Positions 40,375 to 50,877 of a stretch of DNA of 64,000 nt are shown piece after piece. Source of the DNA: Glycera tridactyla. Taxonomy: Eukaryota. The first letter of the stretch is position 1. The number at the start of each line of letters is the position of its first letter. The notes beneath the pieces are model-generated. The model ran no database searches, had not been told where the DNA came from, and saw nothing but the letters and a program-made list of their open reading frames with translations. The DNA is taken from assembly GCA_965644265.1 (NCBI GenBank), contig OZ286464.1:46376001-46440000 (forward strand), given 5' to 3'. The translations under genes and the position numbers were made by a program.

Positions 40375-41316
40375 TGAGGATATATCTAGCTTCTTGGTAG
40401 CCTATGATTCCTTGTCAACCAGTTACGATACCTCACAAATATTCATGATATATTGAGATTTCAATATTGTTCGATCCAAGCACTCTCTTCAAACAATGGA
40501 GACAATTAATTTTTTGGGTATTGAATCTCATGTTTGCTGATAGCTCAGTGACCTGCTGCTACACCTAATTTGTTTATTAACATATCTGGCAGATTTTTAG
40601 CAACCATGTCCTATTGAACTCAAGTGGAGTCAGTGGCAGTGTCGAGCTGGATACCCGTGTATGTGCTGTCAGTGACAATAGTCACAACTATATTTTCAGT
40701 ATTGATCAGCAAATTATGAAAATGCACAGAGAATGAAGTTGATCTTTTACCTCAGACTAGTCTTCTCCTGTAAATATTCTCCTCGAAGCTCACCCTTGCA
40801 CTACCAGTCTCTAGTCTCAGCCAATAATCAAATGTGCAAACTGATTTTCTTGGGAGACCAACTGATATTTTATGTGTAGATAGTGTTTTTTCTGTGTGTA
40901 TGCTGTAATGTTGATCTGTGATTTTACTTTCTGTACTTGCCTCTGTTGTTGTTGTGTGATAAGTAGGTATTTATCTGTAGTTATCATGTCCTTCAAATGT
41001 TGGCCTACTGTGGTAATGGGACCATCGGAAGAGGCTAATTTTATTTGTGGCAGTTCAATATATTTTGTATTGTATCTCAGTGCCTGAAGACAAATTAGCT
41101 CACTTCTGGGTACAGACCAGATTAGAGTACCATTTAATTGACTGTATTTATGATTGTGAGATGAAAAGGACAGTTAAGTACAATCAGAATCAGAATGGGT
41201 GCATTCAGGTACTGTGAACTTCCCAAGATGGAAACAGTTCTGATTGCCTATCTGATTTTGATTGACCCTTGTTTCAATGAAGAGCCTCAGGATTTTGACC
41301 CAGGTGGAATCAGCAC

Positions 41317-41527
41317 NNNNNNNNNNNNNNNNNNNNNNNNNNNNNNNNNNNNNNNNNNNNNNNNNNNNNNNNNNNNNNNNNNNNNNNNNNNNNNNNNNNN
41401 NNNNNNNNNNNNNNNNNNNNNNNNNNNNNNNNNNNNNNNNNNNNNNNNNNNNNNNNNNNNNNNNNNNNNNNNNNNNNNNNNNNNNNNNNNNNNNNNNNNN
41501 NNNNNNNNNNNNNNNNNNNNNNNNNNN
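41317..41527. other. Assembly gap (N run)
   Basis: Ns. Confidence 1.
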
Positions 41528-41750
41528 AGAGCTGGCCACTCCTCTTCCATTGTGGCCTCCGTATCATGTAGGAATATGTGTCTCAATCTACAGTCACATC
41601 GCCTTTTGATTGTGATTTGTACTTTTGTTTTGTTTCTAGCTGTTAGATTAGATTACTTGTCGGTGCTATGTCACAAGTTCGACTTCTCTTGAAGTCTTTT
41701 GCATGTTGCATGTACAAGGAAATCACTCATATAGAACAGGACCATGAACT

Positions 41751-41958
41751 GATTTCAGTATGAATTGTCAAGAGTTTATATTGTCATATCAGTGTCAACA
41801 TTTCAGAAGGTACACAAGTATTTGATGCACATTTATGCCTCACCAGTGTTTGCATGTGATTTCAGTATGAATTGTCAAGAGTTTATATTGTCATATCAGT
41901 GTCAACATTTCAGAAGGTACACAAGTATTTGATGCATATTTATGCCTCACCAGTGTTT
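41751..41958. repeat. Tandem duplication, 107-bp unit x ~2
   Basis: 41751-41857 is repeated from 41858, with one visible mismatch over ~101 bp. Confidence 0.9.
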
Positions 41959-42489
41959 CGCATCATCATGGGAATTTTGACAAACTTCGCATCATTTCAA
42001 TCTCCCGTCATGAGAATGAACTGCAATCTTTTTCCTATTTATAATGTAGAAGAACAAAGTAACTTTTGTGAGGTAGCTTCTTCAGTTAATTGACATGTGC
42101 CTTGTATTCTTGAATTGACTAAACGCCATACACTGCTGTCCCAACAAACTGCTTGCTGGTCAATCATGTCCATCCTGTGCCCAAATAATTTAAGCAGTCC
42201 CAAATTCCATTTTGTGAATGTAGGGTGACTTTTGGATAGTAGGAAGAGAAAAATTCATAGGCGCAATTTGGATTTACAGAAGTAGAACACTATAGAATGC
42301 AACTTGATATTTTTGAGGACCTACTGCAGCTACAAAATCGACTAATCCACATGAGAAATGAATTTTTATCGGAGGAAATTGCTGGATATATGCATGACTG
42401 TCTGTGATAAGCTGGATAGCACTTGGCAAAGCTGATCTTGTAAGTAATTATATTAGTTGCTGTATTTATCAAATTGGAACATGTGTGTA

Positions 42490-42658
42490 CAGTCGAACCT
42501 CCTCTAAAGATCTATAAAGATCACCTCCCTATGAAGACTGCCCTGAACTGCGACTGTGGTAGTATTTTCAACAGTAAATGACCTCTATAAAGACCACCTC
42601 CCTATAAAGGCCAGGTTTTGATGCGACCGAAGGCGGTCTTTATAGGGAGGCTCGACTT
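42490..42658. mobile_element. MITE (AAGACCACC subfamily)
   Basis: TA-CAGTCGAACCTCC...GGAGGCTCGACT; shares GTAGTATTTTCAACAGTAAATGACCTCTAT with the copies at ~19475-19576, ~30170 and ~63660. Confidence 0.75.
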
Positions 42659-43983
42659 TACTTGATTGGCCTTCAGTGAAACATCTTCTAGAGGTTGAGT
42701 CAATGAGTTGAGTCGTACTTGTGTGTGATTGTGTATGTCCTGTGAAAGCGCTTCTACTTAATGATGATCAAGACCAACTTGAATTATTATCATTTTATGT
42801 GATGTCTAGAAGATTGTTTATGTCACTTGTATACATTGATCATTTATGGCTGTTATTAGAAAATTATGTGTGACTGTCTCTCTTTTGTAGGTACAAGTCT
42901 AGCCGCCCTGGTTGGACTACACTATCTGTGTTATTCTGTATATGTACATACACGCAAACATCTTAACTCTCACACAATATGATATACAATGTACAATGTA
43001 TATACTAGCATGCATGAACACACACTCACATACACACACACAAACAAACAAACATTCCAATGCCAGAATCCCATTCATTTGTTATTGCACCCACGCTTTA
43101 GTTCCATGATTCTTCCTCCTCAATGTCTTCTCCTGGCGTTGGCCCCATCTGTAGATCAGTCATTGATTCCTCGCTGATTGGCATAGAGTATCACATGGAA
43201 ACCCGAATATGCCTTTCTGCTATACACATTGCTATTCACACTTGATTTTGCCCCATTCTCTTTCATCTCACGCCCTGAAATCCAGCATTACCATCATTCG
43301 GTAGATGATTATGAGTTTCCCCTCTATATTGAAACATTGTTTCCCACACCATGATCTGTCTGAAATTATGCTGCTGTACATATCATCCTTGTTTATGCTC
43401 TTGCATTTTGAATCCTTACTTCGTATGACTTCACATATAAAATTACCTGAAAATTCCCCAGCTGAACTCTCGAACTGAAGACACATATATCGCATTATTT
43501 CAATTTATCGTCTTGCCATGAACCATTAACTATATTTGAAAAACAGCGCCATGGTATGAACTACCACTATACACATATTCTCCCAACATATATCAAGGTG
43601 CTTTACCACATAAATTAGGTCCAGCTTATTTTCAGGATAAATCGTGCCGACACTCGTTGAGTGATGGTCTTGACTCATTTATGTTGCCTATCCAGCTGAA
43701 TGGTAGCCATTGAAATACTTTCATGTTGAGAGGAACAAAATGTTGAGTTCAGGATGTGAGATTGAAGTCGGTATCTTCCCCCAGCCATGTGTATACACTC
43801 ATATTTATATACATCCCATTCCAATCACAGCGTGCCTTATGCTGAAAATTATGGTTTTGTTTTCATATTTTTATATCGAGTGAAATCCTCCTTTATTGTA
43901 TACTCTCCGCCCCAGTCGAAGTGATTTGGGAAAAATAAATACATTCTCTATTATATCTCTGGAGTTCAGTGTTATACTCAGTG

Positions 43984-44002
43984 GTGTGTGTGTGTGTGTG
44001 TC

Positions 44003-44038
<36 letters not shown>
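43984..44038. repeat. (TG)n microsatellite
   Basis: Direct reading. Confidence 0.9.
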
Positions 44039-44039
<1 letters not shown>

Positions 44040-45289
44040 CAGTGGCTCTGTTTGGATACCCGTGTCTGAAATGACACTATGTGTGTGTGATTTTCATATC
44101 ATATCACCCTCTATTGGGGACCTGGAAGGAGATTTTTTTAATGACCCCACCTGTGTCCATTCTTAGACCTTTATTCGAATAGTCATGTCTGAAATGACAC
44201 CATGTGTGTCTGTGATTTTCATATTGTATCATCTATTCAGGACCCAGAAGGGGAAGTCTTGAATCATCCTACTTTTGTCTGTTGCATTTGCCTCACAATT
44301 GCCACACAAAGTGCCTGATGTGATATTAAACCACAGACATTCAAACTATCTCCAAATCTTTGGTGACCCTGTGGACCACTGAAATGACACCTTTTGTGCC
44401 TGAATTTCATATCGAGCTTTCTGTTAGGGACCCAGAATGTGATGTCTTGAATGGTCCCGACCATGCCCATTGCATGGACGTCACACAATAGCCATGCATC
44501 ATTGATATGATGTTAGATGGGCAGGCCAATGCCCATCATTAATTTATACCGAGGAGTGCAGGTTAGATTATATATTTCTAGTCTGTATGGTATCAGAAAT
44601 AAATTAATGTAGAGCTCTGCCATTAAATTCATATTGATGGGAAAGTCACCTCTATCTCCAGTTAAGCCTGCTCCCTTTCACATAGTCTCCATTCTGAAGC
44701 CCTGCTTCTAATGGTGTTCAGGGTCACTCTCAGGCGGCTGATGTGACCTAGGTATAGCATCATAGGTTTTCTTTCTCAACAGCTTTTAGCATGGGGGGTT
44801 ATATGAAAACATGACATATCTATCTTCAGGATTTTTCTACCCATACTCCTCAATCACAAAGTCTCTTTTTCTTCACATCTGTTATATCCTTCTTCAATGA
44901 TCCGAAGCATAGATGGCTGATGATTTGTCCGTAGCAGATATATTTCAACATACAAAAAGTATGTACCAGGCACACCTGTTCTGGGTTATTAGGGCTGCTA
45001 GGTCTATTAGGATGTGTGATGACATCATAGGGCGCCAATCATTTTAAAGTGGTTTGAAGTTGGCAGCTCATGACTAAACATGGTTCTCAGGCCTCTTAAG
45101 GAGATAGTCTGGGATTGATAATGCCAAGAAAAGATCCTAAAATTAGATGCGGGCAAGGCACTCTGCCATCAAATATTTTGTCGATGATGTTAGTTACATG
45201 TGGATACCTTTTTTGATCGGAAGTACCAGACTGGCACCACGCACTTGAATATTTATCTCAGGGCTGGTTCTGATATAGCCCCTCGTAAC

Positions 45290-45445
45290 AGAAATGACAC
45301 CTCGAATGTGTGAATTTCAGAAATTTTTGCCTTCTGCTAGGGACCTGGAAGGAGGAATCTTGATTCCCACCCGTGCCCATTGCATGGGCGTCACAATATA
45401 GCACAAATGGAGATGACGTGACATTAAATACAAACCAAACCAACC
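45290..45445 (+). repeat. SINE-like repeat copy with an ACCAA-type tail
   Basis: Same core; ends ACATTAAATACAAACCAAACCAACC. Confidence 0.65.
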
Positions 45446-45736
45446 TAGCGCCCTCGACTATATTCAGACCACCACGAGCATTGTAATTGGCATAGACTCA
45501 TACGAATATTCTAGAGATGACAGGGGACCAGGATCGGCACTCTTTTTGTGGGTTAGTAGTTCTTTCAGCTCTAGACTCCAATGAAGAACCCACCGACGTA
45601 ATTCCAGATCATATCACTTTATTTTTCCCGACACAGGAACATGAGATACAATATATAATCATGCATACGGCCATGGGGAGGACTGAGAGGCTTCAGATCA
45701 CGTTCTTGACTCGTTCGACCACCTAGTAGTCTGTTG

Positions 45737-45850
45737 ATTTCATAAATTTTCGCCTTCTGTTTGGGACGCAGAAGGAGCCTTGGAAGAACCCACCCATGCC
45801 CATTGCATAGGCGTCACAATATAGCCCAGATGGTGCTGACGTGACGTTAA
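45737..45850 (+). repeat. SINE-like repeat copy (same family as 58205-58351)
   Basis: Near-identical core to the 58205 copy. Confidence 0.7.
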
Positions 45851-46317
45851 TACCTATTCGTATTGGTTGAAAACGGGTGTTAGTATGACTACAAAGACTA
45901 GGCTGGAGATCCATAAGTAATGACAAACCCCATAGATATAGACTTGTATGGCTCTATTAATAAGTCAGTTACATATTTCAGTAAGCTGCCTTTGGTGAAT
46001 TGCCGATTCTCCCACGACAACCGCCAAAATCTGGTGGAGATCGGGGGTTGGAGATTGTGCCGATCTCCCACGCTGACGCAACCGGGCGATGAGGCCAGTT
46101 TTCGGCATTGCCGCTGGGTTGCGCTTCACTATTTTGCGCGAAATACGTTTTTTTGTATGCGAAGATGTTTCTCACACTGATACCGTTTCTGTCGAAAATA
46201 TGGCGAATATGAATGAACTAATATCATGAGAAATCCGTACATATAATTTCCTTTCATTATTACCCATATCTTGATCATTTTCGTGAATAAAAAAGATAGA
46301 AATGTAACATAGAGATA

Positions 46318-46325
46318 GCGATCTG
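46318..46325. repeat. Left target-site duplication GCGATCTG
   Basis: Identical to 54406-54413 and abuts the TIR. Confidence 0.9.
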
Positions 46326-46510
46326 GGGATAACTTCAGAACACGGTCCTTACGTTGAATACAACGAAGTGGCTGCAATAATGGCTGCCTACCCTAATAAG
46401 AACTGTGTTTCTAGATTACTATATTAATTTGTCTTCGCGTGAGGGGAAAATCACCCCGGGGAAGTCTGCAGCCATGTTTGCAGCCACTTCGGCAGCCACC
46501 TTCGAATTCA
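46326..46510 (+). repeat. Left terminal inverted repeat of the Merlin element (imperfect, ~185-200 bp)
   Basis: Aligns to the reverse complement of ~54205-54405, including a perfect 22-mer GGGGAAAATCACCCCGGGGAAG (46443-46464 vs 54255-54276). The inner boundary is approximate. Confidence 0.85.
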
Positions 46511-46689
46511 CGCTTGAAATGTTCATGAAATGTACCAATTTCATCCTGTACGATGTTCATATGACATCTGCACCAACTTTAAAACAAATAAAATGGAAGT
46601 TATAAAGTGTAACTATTGTTTGTTATTCTTACCTTTTGTTGTTTAAGTCTTTAACTTGTTTTATATCGTAAAATCCATCGAACAATTGT

Positions 46690-46865
46690 TCTCATGACAT
46701 CGCCCTGACCGCCATTTTGTTACGCGCAATGATATTTCTCGCGGAATCTCGTTGAACGTGAGTACGTTGCCGGGGGACTACTTTACCGCTTGATGTCGCT
46801 AGAATCGAATTTTGTGATCATTTTCGCGCTTCGAAGATTTCAAAAGTGAAACCAACACGGTACGT
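46690..46865 (+). promoter_or_regulatory. Putative cargo promoter/5' leader, CpG-rich, with a YY1-type motif
   Basis: CCGCCATTTT at 46709-46718, dense CpGs, and a GTACGT donor-like site at 46860. Confidence 0.35.
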
Positions 46866-46868
46866 GTA

Positions 46869-47228
46869 ATGGCGCCTGATCGATATGCATTTGCTTGGTT
46901 GTTAATTCAGGATTTGATAGGGAATGCAAGTAAATGGCCTTTGCACATTAGAAGATGTTTCTGGACAAAAAACATAAAGTATGCTGATCGAATGATTGTC
47001 GCTGCGTTCGTATGGACTAATGGACTAGATCCTGAGATATTTATGGACTGGGTCCATTTGTATGGGATGGCACGTGATGAGGCTGCAAAGAAGCATTTAT
47101 GGAGCCTATTCAATGATTTCGCAAAGGGAAATCACTACAATCTGTACGCTTACAACGTCACCAAGAACAATTACGAATATTTAGATGGCAGAAAAAGATA
47201 CTATGAACACAAATCAACAAGAAAATAG
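46869..47228 (+). CDS. Cargo ORF A, 119 aa, unknown helical protein (possible primase large-subunit CTD/PriX-like fold)
   Basis: ATG-initiated, globular aromatic-rich composition, downstream of a CpG-rich promoter-like region inside the TIRs. The fold resemblance is by eye only. Confidence 0.6.
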   Translation: MAPDRYAFAWLLIQDLIGNASKWPLHIRRCFWTKNIKYADRMIVAAFVWTNGLDPEIFMDWVHLYGMARDEAAKKHLWSLFNDFAKGNHYNLYAYNVTKNNYEYLDGRKRYYEHKSTRK

Positions 47229-47291
47229 TAAGTTTATTTATCGTAATTGATGAACCATTTGCTGTAATATACATTTTTTTTTCAGGTGAAA

Positions 47292-48035
47292 ATGACATAT
47301 CTTGGGTACAAAACTATATATGGGCTTCCCTACGTAAGGAACAAATTTCATCCAAGCGACCCAACTGCAAGAATATACTCTGCCAACCAAGAAGAAGACC
47401 TTATTTTCAAACCATGGCAGTTGTTCTTGGACTTGAGAGAGTGTTGTGCACGATATTCATGTGTGAGAAATCTGCAAGATTACCCAACAAGATTGTGTAA
47501 TATGGATCTTGTAGAACTTTGTCAACTGGAATTTGAAACAGAAAAACCGAATGGGTTCTGCAATGGATGTTCCCTGATGCAACCTTCGTTTGATTCCTAT
47601 ATGTATGCAAACATAACTATGATCAACAGATTGAAAAACTGGATGAGAACCACACAAACATGGCATGAAATTTCAACAGAAAGTGAATTATCGTTGGTTT
47701 TTGTCAGTATTCAAGAGAGGAAACTGCAGAGGTATGGTGGCGATAACTTAAGGAGGAACGTGGTAAATACTCCGGTGGTGCATCCATACCATAACTGCAT
47801 GAGAATAGGTCATCAGACATTCAGGTTTAAGCCAAGGAATTGTGATTTGAAGTTTCTTCTAACGCAAATAATTGGTGATAAAGCATGCATCAAACAGTTG
47901 GATGAGGACATAATGTTTAAAGGACCATTTCATTGTCGTTGTGCTGATGATTTCGTTTCTCCTGATTCATACTTTGGACTCAAAATCAACAATCAAAATG
48001 ATCTTCCAGACATTCTCCCCCCCCCCCTTCCCTAA
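47292..48035 (+). CDS. Cargo ORF B, 247 aa, Cys-rich unknown protein
   Basis: 744-nt open frame preceded by a T8CAG acceptor at 47285; Cys clusters CCARYSC, FCNGC, HCRC. Confidence 0.55.
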   Translation: MTYLGYKTIYGLPYVRNKFHPSDPTARIYSANQEEDLIFKPWQLFLDLRECCARYSCVRNLQDYPTRLCNMDLVELCQLEFETEKPNGFCNGCSLMQPSFDSYMYANITMINRLKNWMRTTQTWHEISTESELSLVFVSIQERKLQRYGGDNLRRNVVNTPVVHPYHNCMRIGHQTFRFKPRNCDLKFLLTQIIGDKACIKQLDEDIMFKGPFHCRCADDFVSPDSYFGLKINNQNDLPDILPPPLP

Positions 48036-48711
48036 TTTACGTGAACAAATTGGGAAAGTTCCTGTGCACAGTGTAAATGTTCAAGAAATGCCAACGTCAA
48101 CTGTTGTTCGATCACAAATACATCCTTCTCCATTATGTGCTCCATCTGGATTTCTTTCTACCAACAATTTGTCAATGGATCTTCCCGACTTGAAATGTTC
48201 ATTGTCACCAACATCATCACCAATACCATCACCATATGCTGCAACAACAACAACTGAAAATAAACAAACAACACCAACATTTACTATTAAATGCACAGAC
48301 ATGTCGTCAACACTGCTAAGTGGACATTTTCCATCTCAACCAGAACAATCATTTGAAATTCCAAATATGATGTCTTCGCCAGTGGCTCAAAGTACACCAA
48401 AAGAAAGAGGAGGTTATGATTCACCAATTCCAGCAAGTGGTGTTGTAGTTGAAAAAATGTCATCATCATCATCTTCAAATTTATCTCTACTTGATTCATC
48501 ATTCTACAACGAGTACATGTTCAACAGTATCCAGAATGTTGACAATCACTCCACAAGCTACTCCTTCAATATGAGCAACAGCCAGACATCAAATATTTCA
48601 GATTCATCATGCTTCATAACATCTGTGGTTGGTTTACGTAAAAGGAAGACGCGTACATGGGATGATGATGTTATTGTTTTACCTAACTCCGAAACAGATG
48701 ATACAGTTTGA
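47941..48711 (+). CDS. Cargo ORF C, S/T/P-rich low-complexity region with basic patch RKRKTR; probably the C-terminal half of ORF B
   Basis: 771-nt open frame in AT-rich DNA, overlapping the end of ORF B in the +1 frame across a C11 run (48017-48027). Confidence 0.5.
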   Translation: MLMISFLLIHTLDSKSTIKMIFQTFSPPPFPNLREQIGKVPVHSVNVQEMPTSTVVRSQIHPSPLCAPSGFLSTNNLSMDLPDLKCSLSPTSSPIPSPYAATTTTENKQTTPTFTIKCTDMSSTLLSGHFPSQPEQSFEIPNMMSSPVAQSTPKERGGYDSPIPASGVVVEKMSSSSSSNLSLLDSSFYNEYMFNSIQNVDNHSTSYSFNMSNSQTSNISDSSCFITSVVGLRKRKTRTWDDDVIVLPNSETDDTV

Positions 48712-49539
48712 ATGAGTAAGTTAATGACTGTAAAAAGATATTATGTTCATTTTGTTATCAGGGATATATGAATTTTAATATTTTATATTTTATGATGCAG
48801 ATAAAAACAGGGAATTCCATAAAAAAAAAAGTGCGCCTACGTCATCAAACACATGGGGCTTCCCCTTAAAAAAATGCGTCTACGTCATTATTTTCGATGA
48901 TTTCTTTGAACGATCGACCCGCCACTCTGTGTTGATATCGAGAACTTGTAGTTCCTTCATTTCCGCATAACGTGCTAGAAACGGAATATACGTGACTCTC
49001 TGCGTTTACAGGTGAAGCTAATAGTTCTCGCCAAATCCGATAGCTGCAAATGTGGCTATACATTAGCGCCTCTTGCGACAAATAGACTAAACTAATAATT
49101 CAGGATAATAACGTTAGGCTTATTTGCAGAATCGGTACACATAAAATATCACACACCTAGTGCTTTCATGAAGAACTAATAGTTTAATTTTCATCCGAAG
49201 GCCGCAAGTGTGTATAATCCGTATCACCTCTTGTGACAATGAGACTGAATTATTAGTACATAATATTAACGTTAGGATTTTTTAACTAAAATTACTCATA
49301 TATATGATCACGCACCTGGTGATTAAACTGGTAACCATGAATCAACATTTCCAAACATGATAATTTAGATAAAAATAATGGAGGTGAGCACAAAATGATC
49401 TAATATCGTTTATTATATCTTTGATATAAATTTAAACCAAATATACATCACAATGTGGACAATCACTTTATATTTTTTAATTACAAGATTAAATATGTGA
49501 ATTTTCAAGGACATTATTGTGAAGTTAAAGAATAATGTG

Positions 49540-50877
49540 GTCCTCACATCTACTCCTTTTTTTTTGAGGACCGTGTTATGCAGTTAATCCCACCAGCAAA
49601 ACACCAAAATGCGGTCCTCAGATTTACTCCTCTCCATAAATTACTCCTATCCGTGATCATTATTATATTGAATGATAAAAATAATTTTAACTTGTTTTTT
49701 TTTGTACAATTTCATGCAGTTACGAGATGATATTGAATAATAGGAGTGAATTGTTGTTGGTAAAAACATGATTTTTTGAGGACCGTGTTACGTAGTTAAT
49801 CCCACCGGTACCACATCAAAATGCGGTCCTCAGATTTACTACTCTCCATAAATTACTGTATGATATTGACGGAAAGGATCATAATTCAGGAGTAGCATTA
49901 TTGTATTGTACATGCAATTTTTAGATTAGGATATCATTGGATCATACTTGTTTTTTGCGGTCCTCAAATTGTTTTTTTTGAGGACCGTATTATGTTAACC
50001 CCACCAGAGCTACATCAAAAAGCGGTCCTCAAATTTACTTCTATCGGTTAATTGATTTTATCATATTGAAAATAGAAATGCGGTCCTCAATTTTTTTTTC
50101 TTGAGGACCGTATTATGCTGTTAACCCCACCAGGGGTACATCAAAATGCGGTCCTCAAATTTACTCCTATCCTTTAATTGATTTTATCATATCGATGGAT
50201 AGGAGTAGAGTAGGAGTAGGAAATTTTAAGAGTAGAACATTAATGGATCACACATGAAATTTTTAGGACCGTATTATGCTGTTAATCCCACCAGTGCTAC
50301 ATCAAAATACGGTCCTCAGATTTACTCCTATCCGTTAATTAATTTTATCATATTGACGGATTGGAGTAGAATAGGAGTAGGATATTTCAAGATTAGAACA
50401 TTAATGGATCACACATGAATTTTTTAGGACCGTATTATGCTGTTAATCCCACCAGTGCTACATCAAAATACGGTCTTCAAATTTATTCCTATCCGTTAAT
50501 TACTTTTATCATATTGACGGATAGGAGTATGAGTGAATTTACCCCCCCCCCCCCCCCCCCCAGTGCTACATCAAAATACGGTCCTCAAATTTACTCCTAT
50601 CCGTTAATTAATTTTATAGTATGAGTGAATTTACCCCCCCCCCCCCCCCCCCCCCCCACTAGTGCAAAATACGGTCTTCAAATTTACTCCTATCCGTAAA
50701 TTAATTCAATCATGATGACGGATAGGAGTATGAGTGAATTATTTGGTCTGATATGACATTAACAGATAGGAATAAAATTAAGAAGTATGATATTATTTGA
50801 TATTATATGTTTTTTTGCGGTCATTAAATTCTTTTTTTTCCGTTAATTAATTTTATCATATTGACGGATATGAGTGA
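49540..50877. repeat. Degenerate tandem array (~8-9 units) of double-hairpin motifs inside the Merlin element
   Basis: Recurrent TGAGGACCG...CGGTCCTCA and TACTCCTATCCGT...ACGGATAGGAGTA inverted pairs, around a shared core TTAATCCCACCAG..ACATCAAAA. Confidence 0.85.

Noticed and set aside
43268-43495. 75-aa minus-strand ORF as an exon of a second gene
   Set aside because: It has no recognisable motif and no chain of compatible exons.
49540-50877. Hairpin array as a CRISPR array
   Set aside because: The context is eukaryotic, the sequence between the palindromes is itself repeated rather than unique spacers, units are irregular, and no cas genes are present.
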